From the NCBI GenBank assembly GCA_002245135.1, contig NGBS01001182.1:1-64000 (forward strand): 64,000 nt of DNA, in the 5' to 3' direction. The notes beneath the pieces were generated by a model that ran no database searches, was not told where the DNA came from, and worked only from the letters and a program-made list of their open reading frames with translations. Positions 39,956 to 53,320 of the stretch are shown one piece after another; positions within the stretch are counted from its first letter, which is position 1, and every line of letters begins with the position of its first letter. Origin of the DNA: Proteromonas lacertae (taxonomy: Eukaryota). The position numbers and the translations under genes are program-made.

Positions 39956-41024
39956 ATGGCGCTTCAAACAACATTAAGCACAAAGGTACCAGAAATTGTT
40001 GATAAACTCTACAAAGAAGGAATCAAGCAAATTACAACTCTTAAGATCAGAACTATGCTTGAAGAAGAATTGAAACAAGAGTATTGAGAATAAGCCATTA
40101 TAATTGCATTAGCTTGTCTGCATTTAAAAAAGGATATAAAAGAAATATTGAATAACTATATTCAGAAGCTCTCAGTGGCAGTTCAATCGAAAGAAGAAAG
40201 AGTGAACAAGACTCCTCCATCCAGTCCAGAAGATCCAAATAAGAAAGATGCTAAAGAAGCAAAAGAAAAGAAACCTACACCCACAAAACGAAAAATAAAA
40301 GAAACAAATCCAAGTTCAACAGCTGAAGCCAGCTGCCAAGAAAGGAGGCAATCGTATACATATAACACAATCATAATATATTGTAGAAGTTGTTTATATA
40401 AGTGAGCCTTTAAGTAAATTACTCAATAATCAAGTTAAATTCTCAAAGGATGAATTATATTCATCAATAAATACTTATTTAGACTCACATAAACTCAGAA
40501 TAAAGAAAACAGTCAATTTAGACGATACATTCAAAGAATTATTACCAGAAATAGATAAAGAATCAATGACAGAATTTGCCTTTCATAAAGCAATAAAGAA
40601 GTTTATCTTCTATGGAAATCAAGTTGACAAAGATGGACATCCCTTTACCAGAAGTGATTGCCAAGAGAGAAGAAAAAGATAGAGAATTAAAAGAGAAAAT
40701 TGACAATGGTGAGATTGGATTATACTTAAAACCAAAATTGGCTGAGTTTATGGGTAAGCCAAGGAGTTTAAGAGGAAATATTACTAAAGCTATATGGAAA
40801 TATGTTAAAGAATTGAATCTTCAAAATCCAGAGAACAGAAAAGGAGATTTTGTTTGATGAAAAGTTAAAGGGTATATTTGGAGTTGATAAAATCGATATG
40901 TTTGGATTAGCTGGCTTGATTTCTAAAAATGTAAGTAAGGAACCATTAGATAAAGCAATGGAAGAGAGTGTGAAAGAGGGATGAAAAGCCTGAAGAGATG
41001 GAAACTGAAGAAAAATCTGAATAA
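39956..41024 (+). CDS. DEK-C + SWIB/MDM2 domain protein (UAF30/Tri1-like)
   Basis: ITTLKIRTMLEEELKQDL; LAEFMG....RGNITKAIWKYVKELNLQNPENR..I.FDEKLKGIFG. Confidence 0.85.
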
Positions 41025-41336
41025 GTTAAGTGTATTATCTTGTTTTTATTATTCTTCATTGTTTATTGATTTTTTGAGATTATTTTCTGTTGATAAAAAT
41101 GCAATAATAAGGTTATAAATTCATAATAAGATAAATCAACGATGATATAAGCATTCTTATAAAATCTAGTTTCAAAAATACTTTTGATGAGGCTTAAGTT
41201 TGAACATCAAATATTTAATTACAAAGCAACTCTTTTTATTGACTTTTGGGACAGTAATTTTTAATAAAGTATATTTCATTATATATACATTATTTATGGA
41301 TATAATTTAATATTTAATAGATCTTCCTCTTCAACA

Positions 41337-42314
41337 ATGCGTCTAGTAATTTCAAGAAACAGACCAGAGATGGATGTGTGGGCAGCTCATTATATAGCCA
41401 AAAAAATCAATGAATTTCCTAAAAATAGCAAAGTACCTTTTGTTTTAGGTTTGGGAACAGGAAGTTCATTAATTGGCATTTATAAGGTATGTAACCGCTT
41501 AGACAATCTAATTTTTATATAGAATCTTGCAGAAATAGCAAATAAAGGAGAAGTATCATTTGAAAATGTTGTTACTTTTAATTTTGACGAATTCTGTGGA
41601 ATTCCAGAAAGCCATCCAGCTAGCTACCATAGCTACATGTTTGAACATTTCTTCAGCTTAATAACAATCCCACCAGCAAATGTAAACTTCTTAAACGGCA
41701 ATGCTGAAGATTTAGACGCAGAATGTGATAGGTATGAAGATAAAATAAAAAAACTTGGAGGAATTGATCTTTTCCTCAGTGGCATTGGTCCTGATGGTCA
41801 TATAGGCTTCAATGAGCCTGGATCAAGCTTAGATTCTATTACCAGACCAAAAACCTTATCTTATGAGTCAATATTATCCTTAGCACCTGCTTTTGATAAT
41901 AATACAGACAATGTTCCACGTATGGCTTTGACTTGTGGTATTCAAACCTTAATGTCAGCTCATGAAATAATGGTTGCAGTTAATGGTAGTCAAAAGGCAT
42001 ATGCCTTGAGTAGAATAGTAGAAGGAGGTGTATCACATATGTGTCCAGTTTCTGCTATCCAATTACACCCAAAATCTGTAGTTGTTTGTGATAAGGATGC
42101 TACATTAGAATTGAAGGTAAAAACTGTAAGATATTTCAAAGGATTAATGAAAGAGTACAAATCTAGTCATCCAAATGATCCTTTAGGTTTAATGACTTTA
42201 CCGTCAAGAGAAGAGGATATACAACATAGTATGAGAAAACAGGCAATTTATGAAGGTACTGAGAATGTATTGAGTATAAGTTCAAGAATTCTTCCAGGAT
42301 ATGGAACTAGATAA
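41337..42314 (+). CDS. GNPDA: Glucosamine-6-phosphate deaminase/isomerase
   Basis: FVLGLGTGSS, VVTFNFDE, GGIDLFLSGIGPDGHIGFNEPGSS, ATLELKVKTVRYF; one intron 41487-41522. Confidence 0.96.
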
Positions 42315-42527
42315 ATTAGTCGATATGATAAATTGTTTTATTTTAAAAATTCGGTTGTTTTGCATTTGATTGAATATCATAATAATAAAGAGATTTGTAA
42401 AATCGTTCTGACTGTAAAAATTAATTGAAGAATAAAATATATATTTATTCGTTACAAACCCCCAAATTTTTAAAATAAAACCTTTTTTACTGATTTAGAC
42501 TTTATCTGTGTTTTTTCGTTTTATTTA

Positions 42528-43719
42528 ATGACTTTAGTGGCTACTAGTACATACACAGAATCGTTTAAGACAACTGTATTACTTTTTCTTCACTGTAATT
42601 GTAGATTAATATTGAGGAAGAAGTACTACCGAGAAGAGAGAAACAAACTAATAGAACAAAAAATATTAAACATGCTGATACAGTTTCTGACTCTCAAATA
42701 TTCTATCCTTTTACTCATCAAGTTGGAGGACAGTTCCCAGTACTTACAAATAATAGTGGTGAAGTATTAAATTATAATATATATATTCTTAGATCGCTAA
42801 ACCAGCTTGTCCTCAAGAATATAAATTTTACTCTACACTGAAAGAGAGACACTTATTCTTTTATTCCTAAATTTTATCGCCATTGTGTTATAGATATATC
42901 CGTATAATAATCAATAGAATATCTAAATTTTATAGAATATTGTACCAAGTTGTGCATCTCCTTTAAGACCAAGACGTAGAACATGTACAGTAGATTTAGG
43001 AATATTAAATAACGACAAATCTATCTCTCTTCTCGAGACTGACAAAAATACTCAAAATCTACTATGGAAGAAGTTTAAGAATGGTAGACTGAAGAAATTA
43101 CAAAAGGATGATGATAATTTAATCCATTATGTGATACTAGAAGATTTAACCTTTAATTATAAATATCCGTGTGTATTGGATGTAAAAATGGGATTAGTTC
43201 AAAACAGTACATTTTTATTATTTATAATTTATTATTATTTTGTATTAAATAGGTCCAAATGTGACTGAAGCTAAGATAATCAGCCAAAGAGAAAAATGTC
43301 TAAAATCTACCAGTGGTTACGTTGGATTTAGATTATGTGGTTTAAAGGTGTACAATAATGAAATGAAAAATTATATAATAAAGGACAAATACTGGGGTAG
43401 AGATATAAAATTGAGTGATTTATTAGAAAACTTGAAATTATACTTCTTTAATGGTAGAAATATACGTTTTAAGATATTAAAAGAGATAATCAATAGATTA
43501 ATCAAAATTCGTGAGGAGATTAAACATACTAATTGGAGATATTGGTCTAGTTCGATATTATTGATATATGATGGTAATGAGATAGAAGGTAGTAATATTA
43601 ATGTAAAATTAATTGATTATGCGCATACAGAGATTGAAGGTTATGATGATTATGATGAGAATATCTTATTTGGTATTGATAATTTAATTACATATTTAAA
43701 ATTACTACTGCCAAAATAA
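42528..43719 (+). CDS. Inositol polyphosphate kinase (IPK/IP6K/IPMK family)
   Basis: HQVGG, ILEDLT.NYKYPCVLDVKMG, STS..VGFRLCG, WSSSILLIYDG, VKLIDYAH. Confidence 0.93.
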
Positions 43720-43902
43720 GATTTTTTCTATAGAAAATGAGATATTTGTATAAATAATTAAATAAGTAAATTTGATTTTTTTTTCATGATTTTTAAGATT
43801 GTTGATTATTTGTTTTTGTTTTATTATAAAAATATATAAAAGCATATAAAGATTAGAATGAAGATGAGAAAGAATCAATAAATATAAAATAAAAAATATT
43901 AA

Positions 43903-45808
43903 TTATTTACTTAAAGTTCTACAAATTATTTTATCATTTTTATTTTTTATACCTCCACCTAACAATTTAAAAGATGTTCTTTCTTTAGCTTCTAAATAAA
44001 ACGCTTCTCTTGCCATTTTACAAAACTATAAATATAATATAATATATATATACATCATTATCTGGTAATTCATCACTTGTATCACAAATATAACTCTTCA
44101 TTATGCCTTTTCCTTTCACATATATATCACCTCTTTCAGCAAAATACTTCTGCTTTTCAACAGGCAATTCTTTATAAGTTGCTTCACTGATATGAATTAA
44201 ATCAGGAATTCCATTACTCTCCATTCTACTGGCTGTATTTACTGTATCACCAAATAGACAGAATCGTGGGACTTTTTGACCTATTACACCACCATATGCT
44301 GTGCCTGAGTGAATTCCAATTCTTATTTTTAATATTTCACCTGTTGGTTTGACTATACATCGTGAAATTTTGAGTAATTCTCGAGCTGTGTCAAGCATTC
44401 TTTCAGCATGATTTTTAACACCATCATGACCAGCTACTGCCATATATGCATCACCAATCTATAAATCAATAAATATAATAATAATAATAAGATAAGAATG
44501 AGAATTTTAAATATTATATATAAATACAGTTTCTACTTTATAAACACCATATTTCCCCACAATCTCATCAAATTCAGTGAATAAACTATTCAACAGATTA
44601 ATTGTCTTAATTGTATCAACTTGTGCAGTCATTTCAGTGAAATTCACTATATCTGTAAAGAGAATTGTTACTTCATTATATTCTTCAGCAATATTCATAT
44701 TACCTGCGATTAATTGATAAGCAATATGACGTGGTACCATTGTAGTAAGCAGCTAAAAAAATAATATATAAAATAATATATATATATATATACTTTTCTA
44801 TATTTATCACTTTCATATTTATTAATCAATAATTTCTTCATTTTATTCAAATTATCTATTCTTAGACTAATATCATCAAATGATATTTTATTATTAAATA
44901 TTTCATTCACACCAACATCCATACATTCTTTATACTTTATATCATCTTCATTTCCACCTACTATTATACTCATTTCATCTTCTTTTATCTCTTTTCTTAT
45001 CTTCTTTATTAAATCAAAATCATTTTCATTTACATAATCCATTATAAATAAAGATATATCGCTATTATAACTATTATTATTATTGTTATTATTAAGTAGT
45101 TTATCAATTACTTCTTTTTCATTATATAATATTTGTGTCAAGTATTTCTTTTCATCTAATACTTTAAGAATTAATTCACGAAGGTTTAAGTTATTGCGGA
45201 AATATATAATACAATTATTGGGAAGTTCTAAATTGAATAAATCATTGTCTATATCATCCATTCCATTGCTATCTTCGATTTCACTGAAGTTGAATTGTTT
45301 ATATGTATTCTTTCTATCTCTGATCATCTTGGGTGGAAGTAATGCTGAAGATTTTCGTTCTATTTTACATATTAAAAATAAATATATATATACTTGATTT
45401 TCTATTATTAGATGATTGTTTTGATATATTATATCCTATTACTTCCATAGATTGAGGTCTTTTATTTTTATTCATTGTTCCTGTACCTGGTAATACTCTG
45501 TAATGATCATCATCTTTTGGAGTACATAGTAATGGAGGTGTGTATATCATTGTGGATTGAAAATGAGTTGGAGGATATTTGCGATGAAGAGGAGTTTGCT
45601 TGAATGTGGGAGTAGAAGATGCTGGCCTTTTATTTTCAGGAGAACTTGACTTAGGACTCAAGGCTTCTTCGATATTCTTCACAATTTCAACTTTTAATGG
45701 AGAAGTAGCTATTGTTGTGGTACTTTCATTGGGTGCTGAATGAAAACTGGTAGTTGATATGTTTAAAGAATCGTTATTTACATGTGATGAGGAACAAGAT
45801 GCTCCCAT
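43903..45808 (-). CDS. Class III nucleotide cyclase (guanylate-type residues) with receiver-like domain and N-terminal acylation motif
   Basis: VTILFTDIVNFT, YKVETIGDAYM, RIGIHSG, PRFCLFGDTVNTASRMES; REC-like LFIMDY...DLIKKIR...GVNEIF; starts MGASCSSS. Confidence 0.92.
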
Positions 45809-45955
45809 TTTACATAATTTAATTTAATATGCACGTATTATAAATATATATGATTATAAAATATCAATTTCACAGAAGATTCCACCAAAAAAAGTGATTA
45901 TTGTGTCAAGCCTTGATTTGAAACTCCTTCAAGCGTTTTCTACTCTATTTTGAAA

Positions 45956-47169
45956 ATGCCAGGACCAAAAGAAGAAAATGTATTATGATTTAATTATATT
46001 CTTTCATAGAAAGTGACTAAAACAGCATGGAGATGGATACTTGAAGGTGAAGGATTAGAGCCAGCAACTGATGAAAATGGTCAACCGTTAAATGCAGAAG
46101 GTATAAAATTTAAATTTTAAAATAAATTATTAAATAGAGGCAAAGAAAGTAGTAAACTCCAAAATCCCCAAAGAAAAACCATACAATATTCTTTATGTTG
46201 GAAGAAAAAAATCAGGGAAAACATCATTAGTTGTATATATAATATTGTTTTATTCATAATAAATAGAGATACTATAAATCTTCAATTAATCAAAAAAATA
46301 AAGCAGAAGAAGGTAATCCAGAAGATACAGTTGCTTTAGAATATTCATCAGCTTCTAAACAAATTAACGATTTAATGTATGTAGTAAATCTCTGGGAATT
46401 AGAAAGTTCATTAGATTTAAAAATCTTATTACCAACCGTCATCAATCCAGACGATTTGGATAAATTATGTGTCGTATTTGTAATAGATATATCTCGTCCA
46501 AAAAGCTCATTCAAAGAATTAATCAAATGGATAAGAGAAATTCAATCTCAAATCAAAGAAGCGAAGAAATCACTTGGTGTTGGTGGAGAAAGTAAAAGTG
46601 ATGGAAGTGATAAATGGAGTGGTGTAGAAAGAGTAATTATTGGCTCATTTTTGGATGAATGTAAAACATTTACTAAAGATCAGATGAATGCAATTATTGA
46701 TAGTTTTAGATATGTAGCAAATCACTATGGAAGTCATTTACTATTTACTAATCCTAGTAATAAACAGACAATGGAGAACTATGCAGATTTAATGGACAGT
46801 ATTACATTCGGATTGAATAAAAATAAAATAAAATGCAGTGTAAATGAGAACTTATTAATTACAAGAGATAGTGCTGAATACGAAAGTTTTGTGAAGGTAA
46901 TAAATGAAAAATTTGGTCAAGACACGAAGAAATGGTTAGATAATTTGAATACAATGTTTAGTGATTTAAAGGAAAGGAATGATGAAGAACTATTGGTTGA
47001 TAAGAGTGATGAACCTCCATCAAATGCTGCACAAGAAGTGGAAAGGAATGTGGAGGAGAAAATTGATAAATTGAGAAAGCAGAAGGAAGAAGATTTGAAA
47101 GAGTATATTCATGAGGAAGAAAGACAAGAGAGATTAGAAATGAAGAATATGTTGGGTGATGATAAGTAG
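45956..47169 (+). CDS. DYNC2LI1: Dynein light intermediate chain, dynein-2 (IFT) type
   Basis: P-loop ILYVGRKKSGKTSL, TVALEYS, NLWEL, VFVIDISRP, RYVANHYGSHLLF, E.KID.LR.QKEEDL..Y. Confidence 0.75.
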
Positions 47170-47350
47170 ATAGAGAGAAAAAAGTAAAATATTTGGCTTT
47201 TATTATTCATTTTCTATTTAAATTTGTTTTATTTGATATGAATCATACATTCCTTCATACTTTTTATTGTTTCAATAATAGAGTCGTTTCATATTTTAAA
47301 AATTCTTTTTCTTTTTTTCTTTCATTCAATTCACAGTATATAATTATAGA

Positions 47351-47935
47351 ATGTATTCCAAGTCTTTTTATGTTGCTAAAATTATTGTATTTTTATGTCT
47401 ATTTTACAATGTCTATCCTTTATCGCTAAGATACACTCAAGAAGTAAAGCCACCCTTCACATTAAATATCACAGTTACAGGATCATTAAAAGTAAATGCA
47501 TTTAGTAGATTATTTAGAGTAAAAGTTCTATATTCTGAGAGTGAGAAATGTTTTGAAGAAAAAAAGAAATCAGTGTATTTAATCGATTGTAAATCATCTT
47601 CTTCCAAACCTAAAGAAAAAGACTTTACTTTTAAAAACCCAATGGTTGTTAATTGTGTTGGTGAAAATATAGATAAATATGAAGGTAGTACTGATGATTA
47701 TTACTTCTCCTGTGCATTGAAAAATAATTCGACACAGCAGATAGTTGATATAGGAACATATCAAATTCCAAATTATGTCTGGAGTGGAATATTCATGAAA
47801 TTGGCATTAGTATTTATAATAATAAATGCATGTTGGTTGTTTAAATGTCAAGCATCCTTGTTTTCAAGAAATGAAGAAACTCCATCAACTGGAAATACTG
47901 TAGGTTATGCTCCAGTGCCAACAGATGCTAATTAA
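47351..47935 (+). CDS. Small type I membrane protein with one copy of the ~104-aa Cys domain found in the giant surface protein
   Basis: Signal peptide, C-C-C-C spacing and motifs matching the repeat domain, TM at the C-terminus. Confidence 0.7.
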   Translation: MYSKSFYVAKIIVFLCLFYNVYPLSLRYTQEVKPPFTLNITVTGSLKVNAFSRLFRVKVLYSESEKCFEEKKKSVYLIDCKSSSSKPKEKDFTFKNPMVVNCVGENIDKYEGSTDDYYFSCALKNNSTQQIVDIGTYQIPNYVWSGIFMKLALVFIIINACWLFKCQASLFSRNEETPSTGNTVGYAPVPTDAN

Positions 47936-48023
47936 TATAATGTATTTTTTCTTGTAAGCATTTTTTAAAAGGTGTAATAAAACACATTTTAATTAACACA
48001 AACCCATTCAAACCTTGAATTAA

Positions 48024-50647
48024 ATGCAAATCGCTGAAGATTCACAAATACTGTTCCCAACAAGGGGAAGTACTTTCCTAGAACACAAAGAGAGCAGTAT
48101 TGTTCCTCCTAGCAGAAGAAAACATTTGTATAATTGGTAATTATTGATTTAGTCATGTGATTGTTTCTAAGCATCGAGGTTTATGTGGCCAAATAGTAGC
48201 TTCCATTTTAAGGTATAATGAAATAGTAACTATATTGAAATAGTTCGTTTTTAATACTAATGTCATTCTTAACTAATCCAGTTGTCTTATTTAAAGGTGA
48301 ATTAGCAGCTTATTTACCTTTAGCTATCGCACAAAGTGCAATTGGCAATCGTATATACATTTCTATTAACTAAATATGAATAGTTTTAGTACAATTAGTA
48401 TTCACAACAATTGGTAAATACAATAGCAGTATAGTAAGATTAAGTTCAGAAAGTTTACCATTTTTAGTAACAGTTCGTAGACGCATTGTTAAAAGAAAAG
48501 ATGGACTGCTGAAAATAAAGCCTCCACATTATTATGGTGTATAGCCTTCACCTCAATTTACACAGGAATACTCAGTCTAATAATAAGTGCCTTGAAATTA
48601 GGTTCAATTTTAAATTATCTCCCTATTCCAGTCAGAGGTGGTGTATTTGGTTCCATTGGTATTGTCTTTTATACTTCTGCATATTCCGTAGCTTATGGTG
48701 AAGATATCAGTACTAGAGTTTTTACTCATTTTAATTTAGCAATGGTTTTCTTATTAAACCTCATAGGATTATTCACATACTTCATGTCCATGTGGAAACC
48801 ACATCCATTAACAGTACCACTCACATTCATCGTAGGAACATCAATATTTCATATTGTCTTATTCAGTTTAGGATATAATCTGTCAGACGCTCAGGACAAT
48901 ACTTGGCTTATGCCCGAGCCGAAGTTCGTCAATTTCTGGAACTTATACGTCTCAATGGATCCTCGTAAAGTCAATTTCAGTTTCTTATTCTCTCAAACTC
49001 CTCAATTATTATTAGCCTGCAATATTAGGTCCAATTTTAAACACAGGAATCAATACAATAGTGTTAGATAAGATGTACGATGACCAATCTGATTTAGATA
49101 TAGCTTTACGTCATGTTGGAATTGGTAATATCTTAGGTGGAATATGTGGTGGATATCCATCATTCCAATATATTAGTGCAACTTCAATACATCGAACTTG
49201 TGGAGGAACTAAAAGAATATCAACAATCATTATATGTGTGATTATGCTAATATCATTCTTTGTTCCTAAGATGTTATTGGCTATTATTATAATCCCTAGG
49301 TTCTTACTGGGAGCAATCTTTATACATATAGCTATTGATTTCTTATGGAGTGCTTTATATAGTGATTTCTTTGAAGTTAATTTGTTTGAATATTTGATTA
49401 TATTGATTATGGTAATTGTTAGTTTATTTCACTGATGTTACTATTGCTTTATTAGTTGGTGTTATTATTTGTTTTGTTTTGTATATTTATAATTCAGCAC
49501 ATTCTGATTATATATCGATGGAGAATGATACTTCACAAGTACAGAGTAATATGTTGCAATCAATTGATAAAGTATATATATATAACTTATTATTTCTCAC
49601 ATTTTCTTACTTTATTTTTTATCTCCTTTTATAGGATTTATTTAAACATTCTAAACAACTTATCAAAGTCTTCAAATTAGCAGGATATATATTCTTTGCA
49701 CCATCTTATGAAATTAAAGAAAGAATTATTAAACAAGTAAATATGTTTAACTCCATGAATTATAAACAAATTACTCATATATCATTATATATATTATTAT
49801 TATCTTTTCTTTAATATATAAAAGTTGTTGTTGATTTCACTATTTGTACAGGAATTGATACAACTGCAACTAATGTGGTAATTGATATGGTTGAAAAATT
49901 AGTAACTCAGAATATTCATGTAGGATTAATCTTCGCCAATCAAAAGCGAAGAATTGAATTTCATAAATTATTTAAACAAAGGAAAATATTAGGTGGAAGA
50001 AAAGATGATTTTTTTAATATTTATGGCACTTTAGAACAAGCTTTAAGTGACTTGTGAATTAAAAATCGATTTACCTGTCGTTTTATCTCCACGAAATGAA
50101 ATTAGTGAATTTAAAAATATCAATTTACAAAATTTGAATTTGTTCTGTAGAATGTTGAAGAATATTCGAGGTAAAGCAAGCCGTCAAGCTTTACTACGAT
50201 CTGTTCAATTGGGACTTGGTAAAATAGAATGGATTAATAAAGGTGAATTAGTATATCACGAATTTGAAAGAAGTGATGGAGTTTATTTCTTATGTTATGG
50301 ACGAGTAAGTGCAATTATTTTAGACACTATCAATGAAAGAGTTTCATTGTTTAACCGTCAAGAAAATGATATAAAAGATTTAAAGAGATTATGGACAATT
50401 ACTGAAGTGGGAAGTTTGATTAGGAAATGTGTTGGAAAGAAAAGGAATAAGTTATACAACAGAAACAATGATATGTGATACAAATGTTTTATTATATCAT
50501 ATTAATGAAGAGAATTTATTTAAATTTGAGGAATTAGATGAAAAAGAATACACTGTGATAAGTCAGTGGGAATTAGAATTGAGATATAGGAAAATGAAGT
50601 ATTTAATTGAGAGAGTGAAAATGAGTCGTCAATTTATATTAAGTTAA
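48024..50647 (+). CDS. SulP/SLC26 anion transporter with STAS and cNMP-binding-like domains
   Basis: LKLGSILNYLPIPVRGG, GIGNILGGICGGYP, LAGYIFF, VVDFTICTGIDTTA, KGELVYHEFERSDGVYFLCYGRV; several frameshifts; one AT-AA intron. Confidence 0.88.
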
Positions 50648-50709
50648 AATTATAATAATATTTTACATTATAGATATATATTAATTAATTATTACTGATT
50701 TTTTCTTAA

Positions 50710-51793
50710 TTATTTCAACATTCTCTTCTTTTTCTTTCCTATCTTACTTTTTACTATTTCATTCTCATCCATTACCATATTTTCATCATCATTTCTATTT
50801 AATTCAACATTTTCATGATTCATTAACAATAATTGAGGAGGTTCGCTATGGCTTGAGTAATTAGCGCCATTTCTATTGTTTATTGGAGGAAACATTGATT
50901 TCATTGGATTTGGACAAGAATAACTATAAAATTATTAAATGATTAAAGAAATTTATACAAATTGTTATATTTTCCATTTATTCCATTAATTCCACCAACC
51001 ATTTGTTGTTGTTTAAACATATTCAACTGATTGGTCAAAAATGATATTTCTCTATTCTTCTGTTTCATTTCAATTTCTACTTCATTTAATGAACTTTGTA
51101 ATCTGATTTTCTCATTTTCACTTTCACTCTTTTGGTATTGCAATTGATCAAAGTCTTTTTCTAATAAATATAATTGTTCATGATAACTATTTAAATATAA
51201 TAATAATAATTATTATTATATACTGATTTTCATTTTGTTGACTGATTGATAATTGTTGATTTAAACTATCTAATGTTTGTTCTAATTTCTCATATTTTAA
51301 TTGCAATTCATGAAATTCATTCTATTTTATAATAATAATTATATATATATATATATATTATACGGTATAATCTTTCTTTTCTTCATATTTCTTCACCAAC
51401 ATATTACTTCTATTCAACTTATTACTTAAATAATTTATTTTATTATTCAAAAACATTTCTTTATTCTTTCTATCATTTGTCTCGTTTTCTAATTCTTTTA
51501 TTTTATTCAATAATATTTTTCTTTCTTCTTCTACATGTTTTGTTAATCGATTATTTTCATTATTTTTATTCTTTTGATTCATTAATTCAGTTTTGGTTTG
51601 ATTTAGTTCGTATGTCAATATTTCAATTTCATTGGTTAATTCTTTTATAGTTTCTTTTGTTTTATCTTGTAGTTCTGCAATCTGTGCATCAGCTTCACTT
51701 AATTGATTTTCATATTTTTGAATTAATGAATTGTTATTTTGATGAATACTTTTTACAGATGAATTATCTGAATAGGATGTAGATGGAGGTAAC

Positions 51794-51833
<40 letters not shown>

Positions 51834-52305
51834 GAAGTTGTAATATTCTCTGTTGCTGGATTTGTTGGTTCATTAATTGATTATCTATTTGACTTTGGAG
51901 TGTTGTGCATTTTTGTTGGTAATATTTTAATTTCTCTTGCTAGTTTCACTTGAATTATTGTTGTTATTATTTGATATTGGCAAAGATTGAACTGATTTTA
52001 TGAGTTGTGATCTACTTGCCTCCAAAGATGCACAATGCTGACTATATTCATTTTATTATATTAAATAATTATACTTTAACTGCTGAAGACATATTTGTTC
52101 ACTATTTGTGTATAGTTTCGTTCATTTATAACTTTAACTATTTTATTTAGACAAATAATACATACTTTGTTGATTGATACTCTTCATTAACTGTTCAATC
52201 AGAAAGATTTGTCCTATACAGTCAGAAATAATCTGAGAAGCATCTGTTCCTTTTGAAGTCTATACAATCAATTGAATGATATAAAATTTATACTCTATAG
52301 TCCAT
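50710..52305 (-). CDS. Coiled-coil protein with poly-Q tract
   Basis: Multi-exon, heptad-rich; (CAA)n at ~51795-51834. Confidence 0.6.
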
Positions 52306-52389
52306 TTATAGCTGAGTTTTAAAAAGAAACAGAAATTAGAACTCGAGCTTTTGGCTTGGCATTAAAAAATTGTTTTTAAAAAACAAAAA

Positions 52390-53237
52390 ATGACACAGAA
52401 TACTCCATATATAACTGATGATGGGAAAGAATATGAAATAAGAAATGTGTGGTCTTATAATCTAGATGAAGAGATGGCTTTAGTAAGAGAAGCTTGTGTG
52501 AAATACCCTTTTGTAGCTATGGTATATCCATATTTATTCATAATATGCATTTAGGACACAGAATTTCCTGGTGTAGGTTTCACAGCCTTTACCAGATAAA
52601 AACAAACAAGACACATACTTCAAAACTGTAATAATGAATGCCAATTTTCTAAAAATAATCCAAATAGGTATTACATTTTTTGATGCAAATGGCCAACATG
52701 CAAGTGATTGTCCTTCTTGGCAATTCAATTTTCAATTCGATATAGAAAAGGATGAACTAGCTAAAGCATCCATAGATATGTTAGTAGAAAGTGGTTTAAA
52801 CTTCGATGATTTGCGTGAAAAAGGAATAGATGCAATAGAATTTGGTGAATTATTCTCAACTTGTGGATTGACATTTAATGATAATTTAACATGGATATCT
52901 TTCCACAGTGGTTATGATTTTGCCTATTTATTACACTTACTATCAAGTGATGATCTACCATCAGATAAAGATGAATTTTTGAATTTATTGAAATATAGTT
53001 TTTCCTAAAATTTTAGATATAAAATACATAGCTGCTCAAGTAGGTTTAAAAGGTGGATTGAATAGTGTTGGAGATAAATTACTTGTAACTCGAATTGGGC
53101 CAAGTCATCAAGCAGGAAGTGATTCAATATTAACAGGAGATGCATTTTTTCAATTAATAAATTATACAGATCCAAAGATTGAATGGGAACAATATGTTGG
53201 AATATTATATGGTTTAAAGAGTTCAGTATCTGATTAA
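52390..53237 (+). CDS. CAF1: CCR4-NOT deadenylase subunit CAF1/POP2
   Basis: IRNVWSYNL, FVAMDTEFPG, IIQIGITF, WISFHSGYDFAYL, RIGPSHQAGSDS; one intron and one +1 indel near 52995. Confidence 0.97.
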
Positions 53238-53320
53238 TTATTATTATTATTGATATATTGTTGTTATAATATAAATATATATTTCATAAAATGTAATAAT
53301 AATTATATTAAATAAAATCT

